Shown here: positions 47,605-59,729 of the stretch, piece by piece
How positions within the stretch are numbered: position 1 is the stretch's first letter
How the letters are laid out: every line of letters starts with the position of its first letter
Assembly (NCBI GenBank): GCA_030390025.1
Contig: CM059425.1
Span: 172,734,001 to 172,798,000 of the forward strand
Length of the DNA stretch: 64,000 nucleotides
Origin: Squalus acanthias
Taxonomy: Eukaryota
Reading direction: 5' to 3'
Program-made: the position numbers and the translations under genes
Notes under the pieces: generated by a model
Database searches by the model: none
What the model saw: only the letters and a program-made list of their open reading frames with translations
Told to the model about the DNA's origin: nothing

Positions 47605-50560
47605 TTTCTTCTTTTTAGGCAGTCCCTTGGAACCGAGGATGACTTGCTTCCACACTAAAAATTAGTTTTCAGGTGACTGATGAGTCCAGTGCGGGACCTA
47701 CAGTCTCTGTCACAGGTGGGGCAGACAGTGGTTAAAGAGGCGGGTGGGTAGGGTGCTTGGGTTGACGTGCGCTCCTTGCGCTATTTGCGCTTGGCTTCCG
47801 CTTGCTCCCGGCGAAGAGACTCGAGGTGTTCGGCGCCTTCCCGGATGCTTCTCCTCCACTTTATGCAGTCTTGGGCCAGGGATTCCCAGGTGTCGGTGGG
47901 GATGTTGCACTTTTTCAAGGAGGCTTTGAGGGTGTCCTTGAAGCGTTTCCTCTGCCCATCTGGGGCTCTCTTGCCGTGTCGGAGCTCCGAGTAGAGCGCT
48001 TGTTTTGGGCATGCGGACGATGTGGCCCGTCCATCGGAGCTGATCGAGCGTGGTCAAAGCTTCGATGCTGGGGATGTTGGCCTGAGCGAGAACACTAAAG
48101 TTGGTGTGTCTATCCTGCCAATGGATTTGCAGGATCTTGCGGAGGCAGCGTTGGTGGTACCTCTCCAGTGCTTTGAGGTGCCTGCTGTACATGGTCCATG
48201 TCTCCGAAGCATACAGGAGGGCGGGTATCACTACTGCACTGTAGACCATGAGCTAAGTGCAGGCTTTGAGGTCCTGGTCTTCAAACACTCTCTTCCTCAG
48301 GCGACCGAAGGCTGCACTGGCACACTGAAGGCGGTGTTGGACTTCGTCATCGACGTATGCCCTTGTTGACAGTAGGCTCCCGAGGTATGGAAAGTAGTCC
48401 ATGTTGTCCAAGGCCTCGTCATGGATTTTGATAATCGGGGAGCAGTACTGTGTGGCGGGGGCAGGTTGGTAGAGGACCTTTGTCTTTTGGATGTTTAGTG
48501 TAAGGCCCATGCTCTCGTACGCTTCGGTGAAGGTGTTGACGATGGTTTGGAGTTCGACCTCAGAGTGTGCGCAGAAGCAAGCGTCGTCTGCATACTGTAA
48601 TTCGACGACAGAGGATGGGACGACCTTGGATCTGGACTGGAGGCGACGGAGGTTGAACAGTTTCCCGTTTGTTCTGTACATTAGCTCCACTCCAGCGGGG
48701 AGCTTACTGAGGGTGAGATGGAGCATTGCAACCGGGAAGATCGAGAAGAGCGTTGGTGCGATGTCACAGCCTTGCTTGATCCTGGTCCATATGTGAATTG
48801 GGTCTGTGGTGGATCCGTTGGTTAGGATCACGGCTTGCATGTCGTCGTGAAGCAGGCGGAGGATGGTGACAAACTTTTGAGGGCAGCCGAATTTGAGGAG
48901 GACACTCCATAACCCCTCACGGTTGATGGTGTCGAAGGCCTTTGTGAGGTCAAAGAAGGCCATGTACAGCGGTTGGTGCTGTTCCCTGCATTTCTTTTGT
49001 AGTTGACGAGTGGTAAAGATCATTGTGCCCCTTAGTGGGCGGAATCCGCATTGCGACTCTGGGAGGAGCTCTTCATCCACTGGGAGAAGGCGATTGAGGA
49101 GGATTCTTGCAATGACTTTCCCTGTGGCAGATAGCAGGGAGACTCCTCTGTAATTACCGCAATCGGACTTGTCACCTTTCTTGAAGATGGTCACGATTAC
49201 GGCGTCTCTGAGATCCCCTGGCATGCTCTCCTCATTCCAAATAAGAGAAATAAGTTCATGTATTCGTGCCAATAGTGCTTCTCCGCTATGTTTTAGCGCC
49301 TCGGCGGGGATTCCATCTGCTCCCGAGGCCTTGTTGTTCTTCAGTTGTCGAATGGCATTTTCAACCTCATGCCGGGCTGGGGTTGTGCTGAGGTGGTGGC
49401 GGGTAGCATGCTGCGGGATGGAGTTGAGGACACTCGCGTCGAAGACAGAGTCTCGGTTAAGGAGATCTTCGAAGTGCTCCTTCCAGCGGGCACTGACTGC
49501 CTCTCTGTCCTTGATGAGTACCTCTCCGTTCTTGGCCCGCAGTGGGGTAGGACCTTGGGTGCTTGGGCCGTAGGTGGTCTTGACTGCGTTAAAGAATCCA
49601 CGCACTTCGTGGTTGTCGGCTAGCTGCTGGATCTCCTGCGCTTTCTCCTCCCACCATCTGTGCTTTAGGTCGCAAGTTTTTTGTTGGACCTCGGCCTTCA
49701 GGCATCTGTAGAGCTGCTTTCTTGCTCTCGAGTTCTGTTGCTGTTTTCAGATCAGGAATGCCTTGCACTTGCGGCTTATTAGCTCCTGGATCTCCTGGTC
49801 GTTCTCGTCGAACCAGTCTTGGTGTTTCCTGGTCGAGTGACCGAACGTCTCTTCACAGGTGCTGATTATGGAGGTCTTGAATGCAGACCAGGAGCTGTGG
49901 ACACTCTGTGTCCCTGAATCACTGGGAGTCGTCAGGTTGGTTGTGAGGCACAGGCTGAATAGGGCTTTCTTAGCAGGGTCTTTGAGTGCTTCTGCGTTGA
50001 TTTTCCTGGGGCATTGCTTCTGTTGCTGCTGCTGTTTTGGGGCTACGTTGATGGAGATGACAGAGTGTCCAGCAGTTGTCAGCTCCTGTCATGGCGCGGG
50101 TGATGCGGACGTCCTTGCGGTCCCTCACTCAGACAATGACGTAGTCCAGCAGATGCCAGTGCTTGGAGCGAGGGTGTTGCCATGAAGCCTTGTACTTGTC
50201 TCTCTGACGGAACAAGGTGTTGGTTATGACAAGGCCATGTTCTAAGCATTTTGTCAGGAGGAGGGTACCGTTGGAGTTGGCTTTCTCTACCCCCTCTCTG
50301 CCGATCACACCTCCCCAGAGGTCTGTGTCCTTTCCAACTCTGGCGTTAAAGTCGCCAAGGAGGATCAGCTTGTCGCCCGTTGGGACTTGGGACAGGGATT
50401 GTTCGAGGCTGGAGTAGAATTCCACTTTGGTCTCATCTGTGGCTTCCAGTGTTGGGGCGTACGCACTGATGACCGTAGCGCTGGGCTAGGGTGAGCCGTA
50501 GAGTCATGAGGCGTTCGTTTATTCCACAAGGGGAGTCTCCGAGACGTTCAACTAGCTCAT
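47605..50560 (-). mobile_element. Near-complete RTE (BovB-like) LINE, degenerate EN-RT
   Basis: ISAYAPT, LGDFNARVG, HPRSKHWHLLDYV (APE); 450-aa RT ORF 48253-49605 with ESQCGFR, FDLTKAFD, QYADD; same 3' end as 35305-36180. Confidence 0.93.
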
Positions 50561-51030
50561 TATTTCAGTACACACCTGAAGTGAGACCTTCCTGGTCCTT
50601 ATGGTTCACTACCACACTATACAGTTCATTAAATGATCTCTGTGATATGTAAAGAATGCAGAGATGTGGCAAATTCAAACTAGCTAGATTGAAGGATTTT
50701 AACATCATTAAATTAAAATGTAGCAGTACTGTCATATTTTGATGGGACTACACTAATATGCCAAAACAATTGTACTTTGCCACTGATTAACTCAGTGGGA
50801 GACTGTTAAATTGTGTCAGTATTGATTGGATTATGGAGATCAACAGGATCTTCCTTTCCAGGGTAATTAGGACTCATGAAGCAATCAATATGTTCCTAGG
50901 GATTTAGTTAAACATTTGTGAAGACATTAATTTGAGTAAATTAAAATGGAAGTGAAATTAGATCCTCAGCAAGTAATTTTTTACACACAGTTCTATACAG
51001 TGATTTCATATTAAGTTGGTAAGTATGTAT

Positions 51031-52202
51031 CCTAGATAAGGAGACCAAAACTGTGCACAGTACTCCAGGTGTGGTCTCATCAAAGCCCTGTACAATTGTA
51101 GTAAGACTTCCTTACTCTTATACTGCAACCTTCCTGCAATAAAGGCCAACATGTCATTTGCCTTCCTAGCTGTAACTAGTGGGGTGCCGCAAGGATCAGT
51201 GCTTGGGCCTCAGCTATTTACAATCTATATTAATGACTTAGATGAAGGGACCGAGTGCAACGTATCCAAGTTTGCTGACGGTACAAAGCTAGGTGAGAAA
51301 GTAAGCTGTGAGAAGGACACAACGAGCCTGCAAAGGGATATAGACAGGTTAAGTGAGTGGGCAATAAGGTGGCAGATGGAGTATAATGTAGGGAAATGTG
51401 AGGTTATTCACTTTGGTAGGAAGAATAGAAAAACAGAATATTTTTTAAATGGTGGGCAACTATTAAATGTTGGTGTTCAGAGAGATTTAGGTGTCCTCAT
51501 ACAGGAAACACAGAAAGTTAGCATGCAGGTACAGCAAGCAATTAGGAAGGCAAATGGCATGTTGGCCTTTATTGCAGGGGGGTTGGAGTACAAGAATAAG
51601 GAAATCTTACTACAATTGTACAGGGCTTTGATGAGACCACACCTGGAGTACTGTGCAGAGTTTTGGTCACCTTATCTGAGGAAGGACATATTTGCCTTAG
51701 AGGCGGTGCGACGAAGGTTCACTAGATTGATCCCTGGGATGAGAGAGTTGTCCTGTGAGGAGAGATTGTGTAGAATGGGCCTATACTCTCTGGAGTTTGG
51801 AAGAATGAGAGATAATCTCATTGAAACATACAAGATTCTGAGGGGGATTGACAGGGTAGATGCTGAGAGGTTGCTTCCCCTGGCTGGAGAGTCTAGAACT
51901 AAGGGGCATAGTCTCAGGATAAGGGGGCGGCCATTTAAGTCTGAGATGAGGAGAAATTTCTTCACTCAGAGGGTTGTGAATCTTTGGAATTCTCCACCCG
52001 AAAGGGCTGTGGATGCTAAGTTGGTGAATATATTCAAGGCTGAGCTAGATAGATTTTTGGACTCTAGGGGAATCACAGGATATGGGGATTGGGCGGGAAA
52101 GTGGAGTTGAGGTTGAAGATCAGCCATGATCTTATTTAATTGTGGAGCAGGCTCAAGGGACCGTATGGCCGACTGCTGCTCCTAATTCCTATGTTCTTAT
52201 GT
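51031..52202 (+). mobile_element. 5'-truncated CR1 with inverted segment at its 5' end (51031-51168)
   Basis: Open RT C-terminal frame 51169-52110 (FADG instead of FADD); CR1 tail at ~52200. Confidence 0.9.
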
Positions 52203-52337
52203 AAAAAGCTCATCTTGACCTATGGATTTTTCTTCGAGTTGATATTGATGTATAATGTGCTTGACACTAGCTACATTGAAAAGAGTTGTTAGACCTTTTT
52301 AGTTAAAATAAATATATATTTTGTTTTTCCTTTGTAG

Positions 52338-52523
52338 GGCAGCAGAAATCCTTTACTCTTTAGCATTGGTGGGTGCTCAGAAATCCAATAAAATGACAAT
52401 GTTCCCTTCATCTGAAGATTATAAACTGCTGGTAGAAGCAAGACGAAATCTTGGCCTGTTCCAACATCATGATGCGATCACTGGAACTGCTAAAGAGTGG
52501 GTCGTTGTGGACTATGGGACCAG
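52338..52523 (+). CDS. MAN2A1: Alpha-mannosidase II coding exon (~exon 10), 186 bp, zinc-ligand motif [10 protein letters not shown]
   Basis: ttgtag|GGCAG...ACCAG|gtaaat; AAEILYSLA...[28 protein letters not shown]. Confidence 0.96.
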
Positions 52524-54797
52524 GTAAATATTAATTCATAGGATTCATTTTAAATTATCTTCCTCTCTATTCAGTTTTTATTTTATCTTTGCAATAATCT
52601 GATCTGATAAGATTCCATGGGTGTCTGATAAACTTGTCATAAATGTACTTAATACTTACAATATATAAGTATTGGAGATAGTGGAGGAAGAGGAAAAGAC
52701 AGTTCAGCCAATCCAGCTTGCTCTGTCACCCAGGTCATGATCTGAATTGTTTTCACATTTATTTCATTATTTTAATGCATGCTCATATTTTAACCTTTAT
52801 AGTTCAAAGAAAGGTTAGTGTCTGTAGCTGCTTTTACGTTACACAAAACCCGTGTGAGTGCAACTGGTTCCTGAAGCTCGAGTCTCATGCACCTGGCTGC
52901 AAGCTGAATGTATAACTGCTAAGAGTCATTACAACTGACAGCCCCGAAAACCTGCTGAAAACTGATCTTCCCAAATGCTGGTTTTAGCAAGTCCTGACAG
53001 TTTTACAGTCGGCCGCGCAAGACCGGTGCTTCTGGAAATTGCTAGCACTAGTGAACTCTTGTGCAATGTAAAAACAGCTTTAGATTACAAAAACAGGTGG
53101 ATGTTGAGGCTCATTTGCTTCAGGGACAGAGAGTTCTAGTTGTAGTTTTTCTTTTTTTTTACGGCATTCCCATGTAAGCTAGAGAAACAAGTGCTGGCAA
53201 GGAATGTTCCTAAGAATGCTTGAACCACATCCATGCAGGCTTATGCAGCTAGTGTAGGTGTATTAGGTTCTCTGGAAGTCCCCTAACATTGATCACAAGA
53301 ACAGTTCAAGATGGTCAAAATAATCCTAGGTATGGGGAATTATAGTTATACTGAGAGACTTGAGATACTAGAATGATTTCCACTAGAGCAGAGAAAGCTA
53401 AGAGGATATTTAATAGAAGTTCTCTAAATTATGAAGGGATGATAGAGTGAACATTATTAACCGACTTACAGTTTGTGTAGTGGAGTGTATTTTCTTATAT
53501 TATTCTGTGACAGGGCATGACCCACCAGGGAAAGTCAGAGCTCACTGTGCAGTGGCCATTTTGGGGTTCACATACAGAGGGTTCCTGTCAAGGCAATCTA
53601 TGAAAAGGCCAGCAGTTTTTAATCTTTCATCAAACATTACTGTCTCAACTTAACAGCTCAGAATGGAGTAATTTGGCAAACTCTCATCCAAGCTGGCTAA
53701 AGGTGTTGCTCATCAGAACACCAAAAGCAGTTTCTGTATTACTTGATGTCATTCTAATTGTATCTGGAGATTGAATAAATGAAGAAGAATGTTAAATTAC
53801 CTACTTAATTTTTTGAAAGAAATTCAAACTCCACATACAAAGCTTTCTCCCAACCTGCACCTCAGTACTCCTTCTGACATAGTATGGCTCTATTGCACAC
53901 TTTGGATGATCAAGTGTACTTACCTCAGTGCTAGCTTTTCCAGTCAAGGAACAAAACACATTCTTCAGAAGGAGGCCTTATAAACAGCTAAATGGGAAAA
54001 CATTTCTTAAAATAGATAGTGTCCTTGGGTAATTTGGAGGTTTGTGAAAATTGCAGATTTGTGTAAATCAATAGGAGCCATCCTCTAACAAATTAGAGTT
54101 TTTAATGTAGCAATGGTAAGGCTTAGAACTATAATGATATAGGTGATGATGGCAATAGTTACAGCACCAGAAGTTCAGTCTTCTGCTTGCAATAATTGGC
54201 CTGTAAAATTATTGACTGTCTGAACATAGGAACCAAATATAATTTATGTGAGGGGGTGAATTTACTTGGGGTTTCTCCTTTTTCGCTGCTGTAACTTTGA
54301 CAGATGTTTGGTGGAACCACTGAACTTTCACTGAAGTTTGAAATGGAAGCCTGGTCTCTTTCATTAGTTTTCTTTTTAGTATATTTCAACCCTTCCTCTT
54401 CTCAGGGAAGCATTCCTTTAGATAAATTATTTTTTGGTAATGGGGTGTTTACCAACAATACTAAAACAGTAAGGCATTGCAAATAAAACATTTCTTAATA
54501 AAAAGGTAAATGTCTCATTAGTTAAAGATATGGGTTCTGAAAATGAGTGATGTGGTACATCTCAGCCTAAGTGCCGAGATGCGGCTGCTGGTAACCTGCA
54601 CTGCTGACGAGTGGACAATCTGGGGTCAGCTGGTGATTCCCTAATTTGCTGGTCAGTGGTAGGCGCAAGTATATCTAGGGTAGCTACCCACTGAAAAGTG
54701 CTGGCCGAAGAGTGCTCGGTCTGGTTCAAACTTTGTATGTCACCAACCCCTATAAAGGCCACACTATTTAAAATGTTCTTAATCCTTTTCTTTACAG

Positions 54798-54912
54798 ACT
54801 ATTTCACTCAATAATGAACTTGAAAAGAGTGATTGGTGACTCAGCTCATTTTCTAATTTTAAAAGACAAGGAAAATTACAAGCATATCCCTTCAACACCC
54901 TTTCTTCAGATG
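54798..54912 (+). CDS. MAN2A1: Alpha-mannosidase II coding exon (~exon 11), 115 bp
   Basis: ttacag|ACTA...CAGATG|gtaaga; LFHSIMNLKRVIGDSAHFLILKDKENYKHIPSTPFLQM; phases match. Confidence 0.92.
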
Positions 54913-54959
54913 GTAAGAGATTTTACTTTTCAATTAGCTTTCATGTATTCTGACAACTG

Positions 54960-54997
54960 TAAAAAAAAAAAAAAAAAAAAATAATAATAATAATAAT
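54960..54997. repeat. Poly-A plus (AAT)n microsatellite
   Basis: Directly visible. Confidence 0.9.
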
Positions 54998-55034
54998 ATG
55001 TGGGCTGGTAGGAGTGAAAAAAAGACCATTGAAA

Positions 55035-55310
55035 GCTGCTGGATTGCTGTAATAATCCAACTGGTTCACTAATGTCTTTCAGGAAAGGGAACCTGGGATC
55101 CATACATAGTCTGTCTTACAAGTGACTCCAGTCCCATACTAGGTAGTTGACTCTTAATGCTTTCTGAAGTGGCCTAGAAAGCATCTCAGTTGTAAAAAAA
55201 CAAACAAAAAACAATTGCTACAGAGAGCCCACCACCACCTTCAGAGGGAAAATTGGTTTGGGCAATACATGTGGTCTTGTCAGCAATACCCGCATGCCAA
55301 AAACAACAAT
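55035..55310 (+). mobile_element. Old short element joining family-B 5' region to family-B 3' tail
   Basis: CTGGTTCACTAATGTC..GACTCCAG..GTTGACTCTTAA (as 11964-12061) followed by CACCACCACCTTC..GGGCAATA (as 14505-14545). Confidence 0.7.
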
Positions 55311-55947
55311 TTTTTTAATCCACCTGTACGTGCACAGGTGGTTCTTGCCTCTGAAGTATCCACAGATTCCTTTTAATGAGGAGTATTACAGGAAACAGAA
55401 GAATCTGGCATTGGTTTCCAGACAGTATTCCAGGGAATCACTGATTTGGCAGAGTCAATAAGACCATGGTCCTGGCCATAAAGGGACAGTCTAAATCATT
55501 AAAATTATTGTTGGATCACCTTTTTCTGATCTTGCCTGTGGATTTCCTTATTGTTTCCTTGCCTTTTTGTTTTCTTAATCTGGTTTATCGGAAAGAAAGT
55601 TTCTGGCTTGAGCCATATCTCCCTCTTTGGACTGAGCTCCTCTACCACAGGCTCTTTTTAGGTATTCCACAGCTCTCTACAATTCCTTCTTGGCTGGAAC
55701 AGCAAGTCATTGGAGAAACATATAGTATGAAAAGCAGAAAGTACAAAGCTTGTATGGTATTCAGAGCTAGACCCTGAAGAAGGCACAGATGCAGAAGCTG
55801 GATGCTTTTGATTGTCCTGTGCAAGGAGAATGTTGAGTATTTGCTGAAAGGTTAGTGACACCAACACTTAGTTAAGACAAGTTACTGTCTTAAGTAAATT
55901 CATTAGTATAACAAAATATGACCATTTAATGCTCTGCTTCATTTCAG

Positions 55948-56015
55948 GATGATAGCCAAGCTGCACAGGACTCATTACCTCAAAGAACAACCATTGAATT
56001 GAGCTTATTACCCAG
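55948..56015 (+). CDS. MAN2A1: Alpha-mannosidase II coding exon (~exon 12), 68 bp
   Basis: tttcag|GATGAT...CCCAG|gtttgt; DDSQAAQDSLPQRTTIELSLLP; phase 0 start matches the previous exon. Confidence 0.88.
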
Positions 56016-57343
56016 GTTTGTGATTTACACTTTTAATATTTAAAACAACTTTCTTGAAAGGCTGTAAAAGTGTGATAGTATAAATAGTTGAATGCTTGTA
56101 TCCCAATCAGGCTACAAGTTCCTGTCCACTGCTTTGTTGTTTGAACTCACATGTCTGTTGGGTGAATTTAGGCACCTCAGCAAAATGCTAGGTGGCCCAC
56201 TGCAGTGAAGTGTTAAGGTAATCACCGTAAAATGTGATCACTGACATAATTGATAATCCAGATTATCCTACACCAATCTGCTGGAAAAGAATGTGTGTTG
56301 TTGAGTAGTCAACTAGTATGTAGCACGTCTGTGGCTGAAGTGTGACTCTTGGATTTGTTTAGCATGTATCCACATACTCAGTTCCAGTGTGATCATGACA
56401 CGATCAGGCAGGCTTCCTCCTATTCTGACCATATATTTTGAATTAATTGCAATATGAACTAATTTATTTTAGCTTGAATGTGCCATTTTATCAGTGGGGG
56501 TGGGCTGCCACATAAACTTAGCTCCTAACCATTAAACTTGGCTGGAGTCCATCAAAACGGGTGTGCCACTAGCATAAACCTGCAGCATACTACCAATCTC
56601 GAGAGGTTTTTTTTGAATGGTTCAGTGACAGTTTATGTTGAAGTTACGGTAAGAGATGGGTTATTTAGCCAGTCCTAAAGTGATCCTGTATATTTACACC
56701 AAAAGGCATGTTTGTAATGTAAATGCAATATTGTACAACAGTATACTTTCTACAGATTCATCACTTTTAATATGACCTACCTCTTCGATCTTCCCTTTTG
56801 GAACCCCCCCCCCCCAAAACCCTTCTGCCACCAGTGCTGGGTGTCCAGTTATTTTCGCCTCCTGAAGCCCTTTGGAATACTTAATTACATTAGAGCAGCT
56901 ATACAAGTGCAAGTTGGTGAACTAGAGCGCTATTTAATCTTTCCCCCTTTATCCCCCTTCCATTTTCCCACAGTCAGATGGGCAACTTGCTCCCAGATTT
57001 CTGCCAATGCTGTTAAGAATTGACTGCTGTGAAATGTATGACTGTTGGGAATTAAGTTATTTTCATAATTTTCACCACTTTTTCTTCCCCACCCACCCCT
57101 TCCCTAACCTTCAGTTATCGTCTCCCAACGACACGACTTTGATTAGCATCTAAGCAGAAGGACGCTTACAATCCAGATGATATATGGAGTGAAAGTGCTG
57201 CTCAGATTTATGGGACAGCCACTACCTGTAACTCTGAGAGATAGTGCAGTGCAATAATAGATGAAATGACAAAGAGAGAGGCATAAGAATAGAGGGAACA
57301 AAAGAGAAAATTTGAAAGTAAGAGAAGGAATATGAGACACATA

Positions 57344-58280
57344 GGCCGGAATTTTCTTTACCGTGGCGGTTCCGGTGCAGCCGGTGTCCGTGGAGGGTTG
57401 CGACCCTGCTGCTGGCTCCATCCCACTGTAGAAAATGAACTTACCTTAATGGGGCCTATTAAGCCCGCCCAGCGCGTTACCCGGCCCAATGAGATGGAGC
57501 AGGACTGGTAATATCATCCATGATGCGTTTTAAGCCGGGATCCTTAAAGGGACCATGGCCATATTAAATTTTAAGTTTAATCTAACATAGTGGGTGTTGA
57601 ATCTTTACTCTACAATAATATAATAAAAGTTATATATGAGTGACAAAGAAATATTTAAATAATATCATTAAGTAATATGATGCCATCTACAAATGCAATC
57701 AAGAACATAATTTAAAAAGTACATGAATTGGGAAGTTATTGGTGCTTTAGTCACAAATCTATAGATTTTGCATCAGTAACTGGTACAAATAAAAGATGTG
57801 TGTGTATTAGGTAATAGATAAAATTAAGCAGATTTTAAATGTAATTGTAAAGGGGTGGATTTACAATCTTATGCAAGTTCAGTGGAAGAGCTGCAGAATC
57901 CCTGACAAACAAGTAAGTGATGCTTACAATGTGTTTCTGGGATTTCTGCAGCTCTTCCGTTGAAGTTAACAATGGACAAGTGAAAGAACCTCCGCAGAAA
58001 TTCACCCTAAAGTCCCGAGCTGCGTGAGTCCCGTGGCCATGCAGGGAAATTTTAAAAGTGCGGGGAAAAGCTCTTAAGTTCCTGTAAACTACCTCATAAT
58101 GATTTCAGTTGGATCCCCCGCCGCTGCAGGTCACGTCAGCTCCATGATGACAGACGCGCCTGTGGGAAAGGCACGTGGGAGCGAGATGACAGCGGGTTCC
58201 TGACCCGCTGTCAAAAATAACAACTTTCCCACCCGACCCGCCACCGAGCGTGCCCACTACCACCCCGGAAAATTCAGCCC
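57344..58280. mobile_element. PIF/Harbinger-like MITE
   Basis: TIR GGCCGGAATTTTC / GAAAATTCAGCCC; TSD ATA on both sides. Confidence 0.7.
57852..58008. mobile_element. Nested palindromic MITE
   Basis: GGGGTGGATTT / AAATTCACCCT ends, AAA flanks, internal hairpin GGAAGAGCTGCAGAA / TTCTGCAGCTCTTCC. Confidence 0.6.
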
Positions 58281-58779
58281 ATAGAGAGGGAGTAATGACA
58301 GAAGGGACAGAAGTGATGGAATGAGAAAAGGTGAATGAAAATGAGAGCGAAAAGAGAAAATTTAGGAGCAGAGCATTAGAGAGTACAATGCAGATTTTAG
58401 GAAAATATTTGAAACCAAAACGTATCATAAGTCACACTGATGTACTAGATTTCAATATTTCTTACTTGTATAGTTGTAGTTATAGTGATAATATCAGTGA
58501 ACTTAATATTACTGCGGCGTTCCAGAGCCATGTCACGATTCAAAACGTGACGCGGGCAGGAGGGAGCAGCTGATTGGGTGAGTACGGCCAGGTGAGTATT
58601 TATACTACTCTATAGTTTGACAGTTAAGGTTCATAGTTTATAAAGTTTAGAAGGTCTTAATTTTGTGGATATAGTTTCTAGTGCTAGTAACCAAGGGCCC
58701 TTGAGTATATCATTTAATTGAGTGTAATTGGTGGTATTGATTTGATTTAATTTAAGTTCAATTAATTAAAGGGTAAGTC

Positions 58780-59729
58780 ATGACAGGACAGCCCAGCCCC
58801 GTGTTATGCTCCTCCTGCTCGATGTGGGAAATCAGGGACCCTTCCGGTGTCCCTGACAACCATGTGTGCGGGAAGTGTATCCAGCTGCAGCTACTGACAG
58901 ACCGCATTGCGGCGCTGGAGCTGCGGATGGAGGCGTATTGGAGCATTCACGATGCTGAGAACCTCGTGGATAGCACGTTTAGAGAGTTTGTCACACCGCA
59001 GGCAAAGGGTGCACAGGCAGGAAGTAAATGGGTGACCACCAGGCAGAGTAAGAGGTGCAGGCAGGTAGTGCAGGGGTCCCCTGTGGACATCCCCCTCTCA
59101 AACAGATATACCACTTTGAATACTGTTGGAGGGGATGACTTATCAGGGGAAGGCAGCAGCAGCCAACTTCCTGGCACCATGGGTGGCTCTGCTGCACAGG
59201 CTGGGAGGAAAAAGAGTGGCAGAGCTATAGTGATAGGGAACTCAATTGTAAGGGGAATAGATAGGCGTTTCTGTGGCCGCAACCGAGACTCCAGGATGGT
59301 GTGTTGCCTCCCTGGTGCAAGGGTCAAGGACGTCTCGGAGCGGCTACAGAACATTTTGGAGGGGGAGGGCGAACAGCCAGCTGTCGTGGTGCACATAGGC
59401 ACCAACGATATAGGTAAAAAAGGGGATGAGGTCCTAAAAGCAGAATATAGGGAGTTAGGAGGTAAATAAAAAATAGGACCTCAAAGGTAGTAATCTCAAG
59501 ATTGCTATCAGTGCCACGTGCTAGTCAGAGTAGAAATAGGAGGATATTTCAAATGAATACGTGGCTAGAGGAATGGTGCAAGGGGGAGGGATTCAAATTC
59601 CTGGGACATTGGAACTGGTTCTGGGGGAGGTGGGACCAGTACAAACCGGACGGTCTGCACCTGGGCAGGGCTGGGACCGCTGTCCTAGGGGGAGTGTTTG
59701 CTAGTGCTGTTGGGGAGGGTTTAAACTAA
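58780..59729 (+). pseudogene. CR1 ORF1 (Cys zinc finger, coiled coil, SGNH esterase), frameshift at ~59467
   Basis: CSSC..CGKC, IGNSIVR, HIGTND, DGLH motifs; one T missing relative to the copy at 11930-11956. Confidence 0.88.

Noticed and set aside
51151..52110. 319-aa ORF as a domesticated gene
   Set aside because: Truncated CR1 RT; start codon comes from the inverted segment and the catalytic DD is DG
54604..54700. Hammerhead ribozyme (CTGACGA...GAAA)
   Set aside because: Stem II is out of register and there is no stem I or NUH cleavage site
55330..55860. Possible DIRS relic on the minus strand (KIRK...VPLWPGPW-like)
   Set aside because: Too degenerate to support by eye
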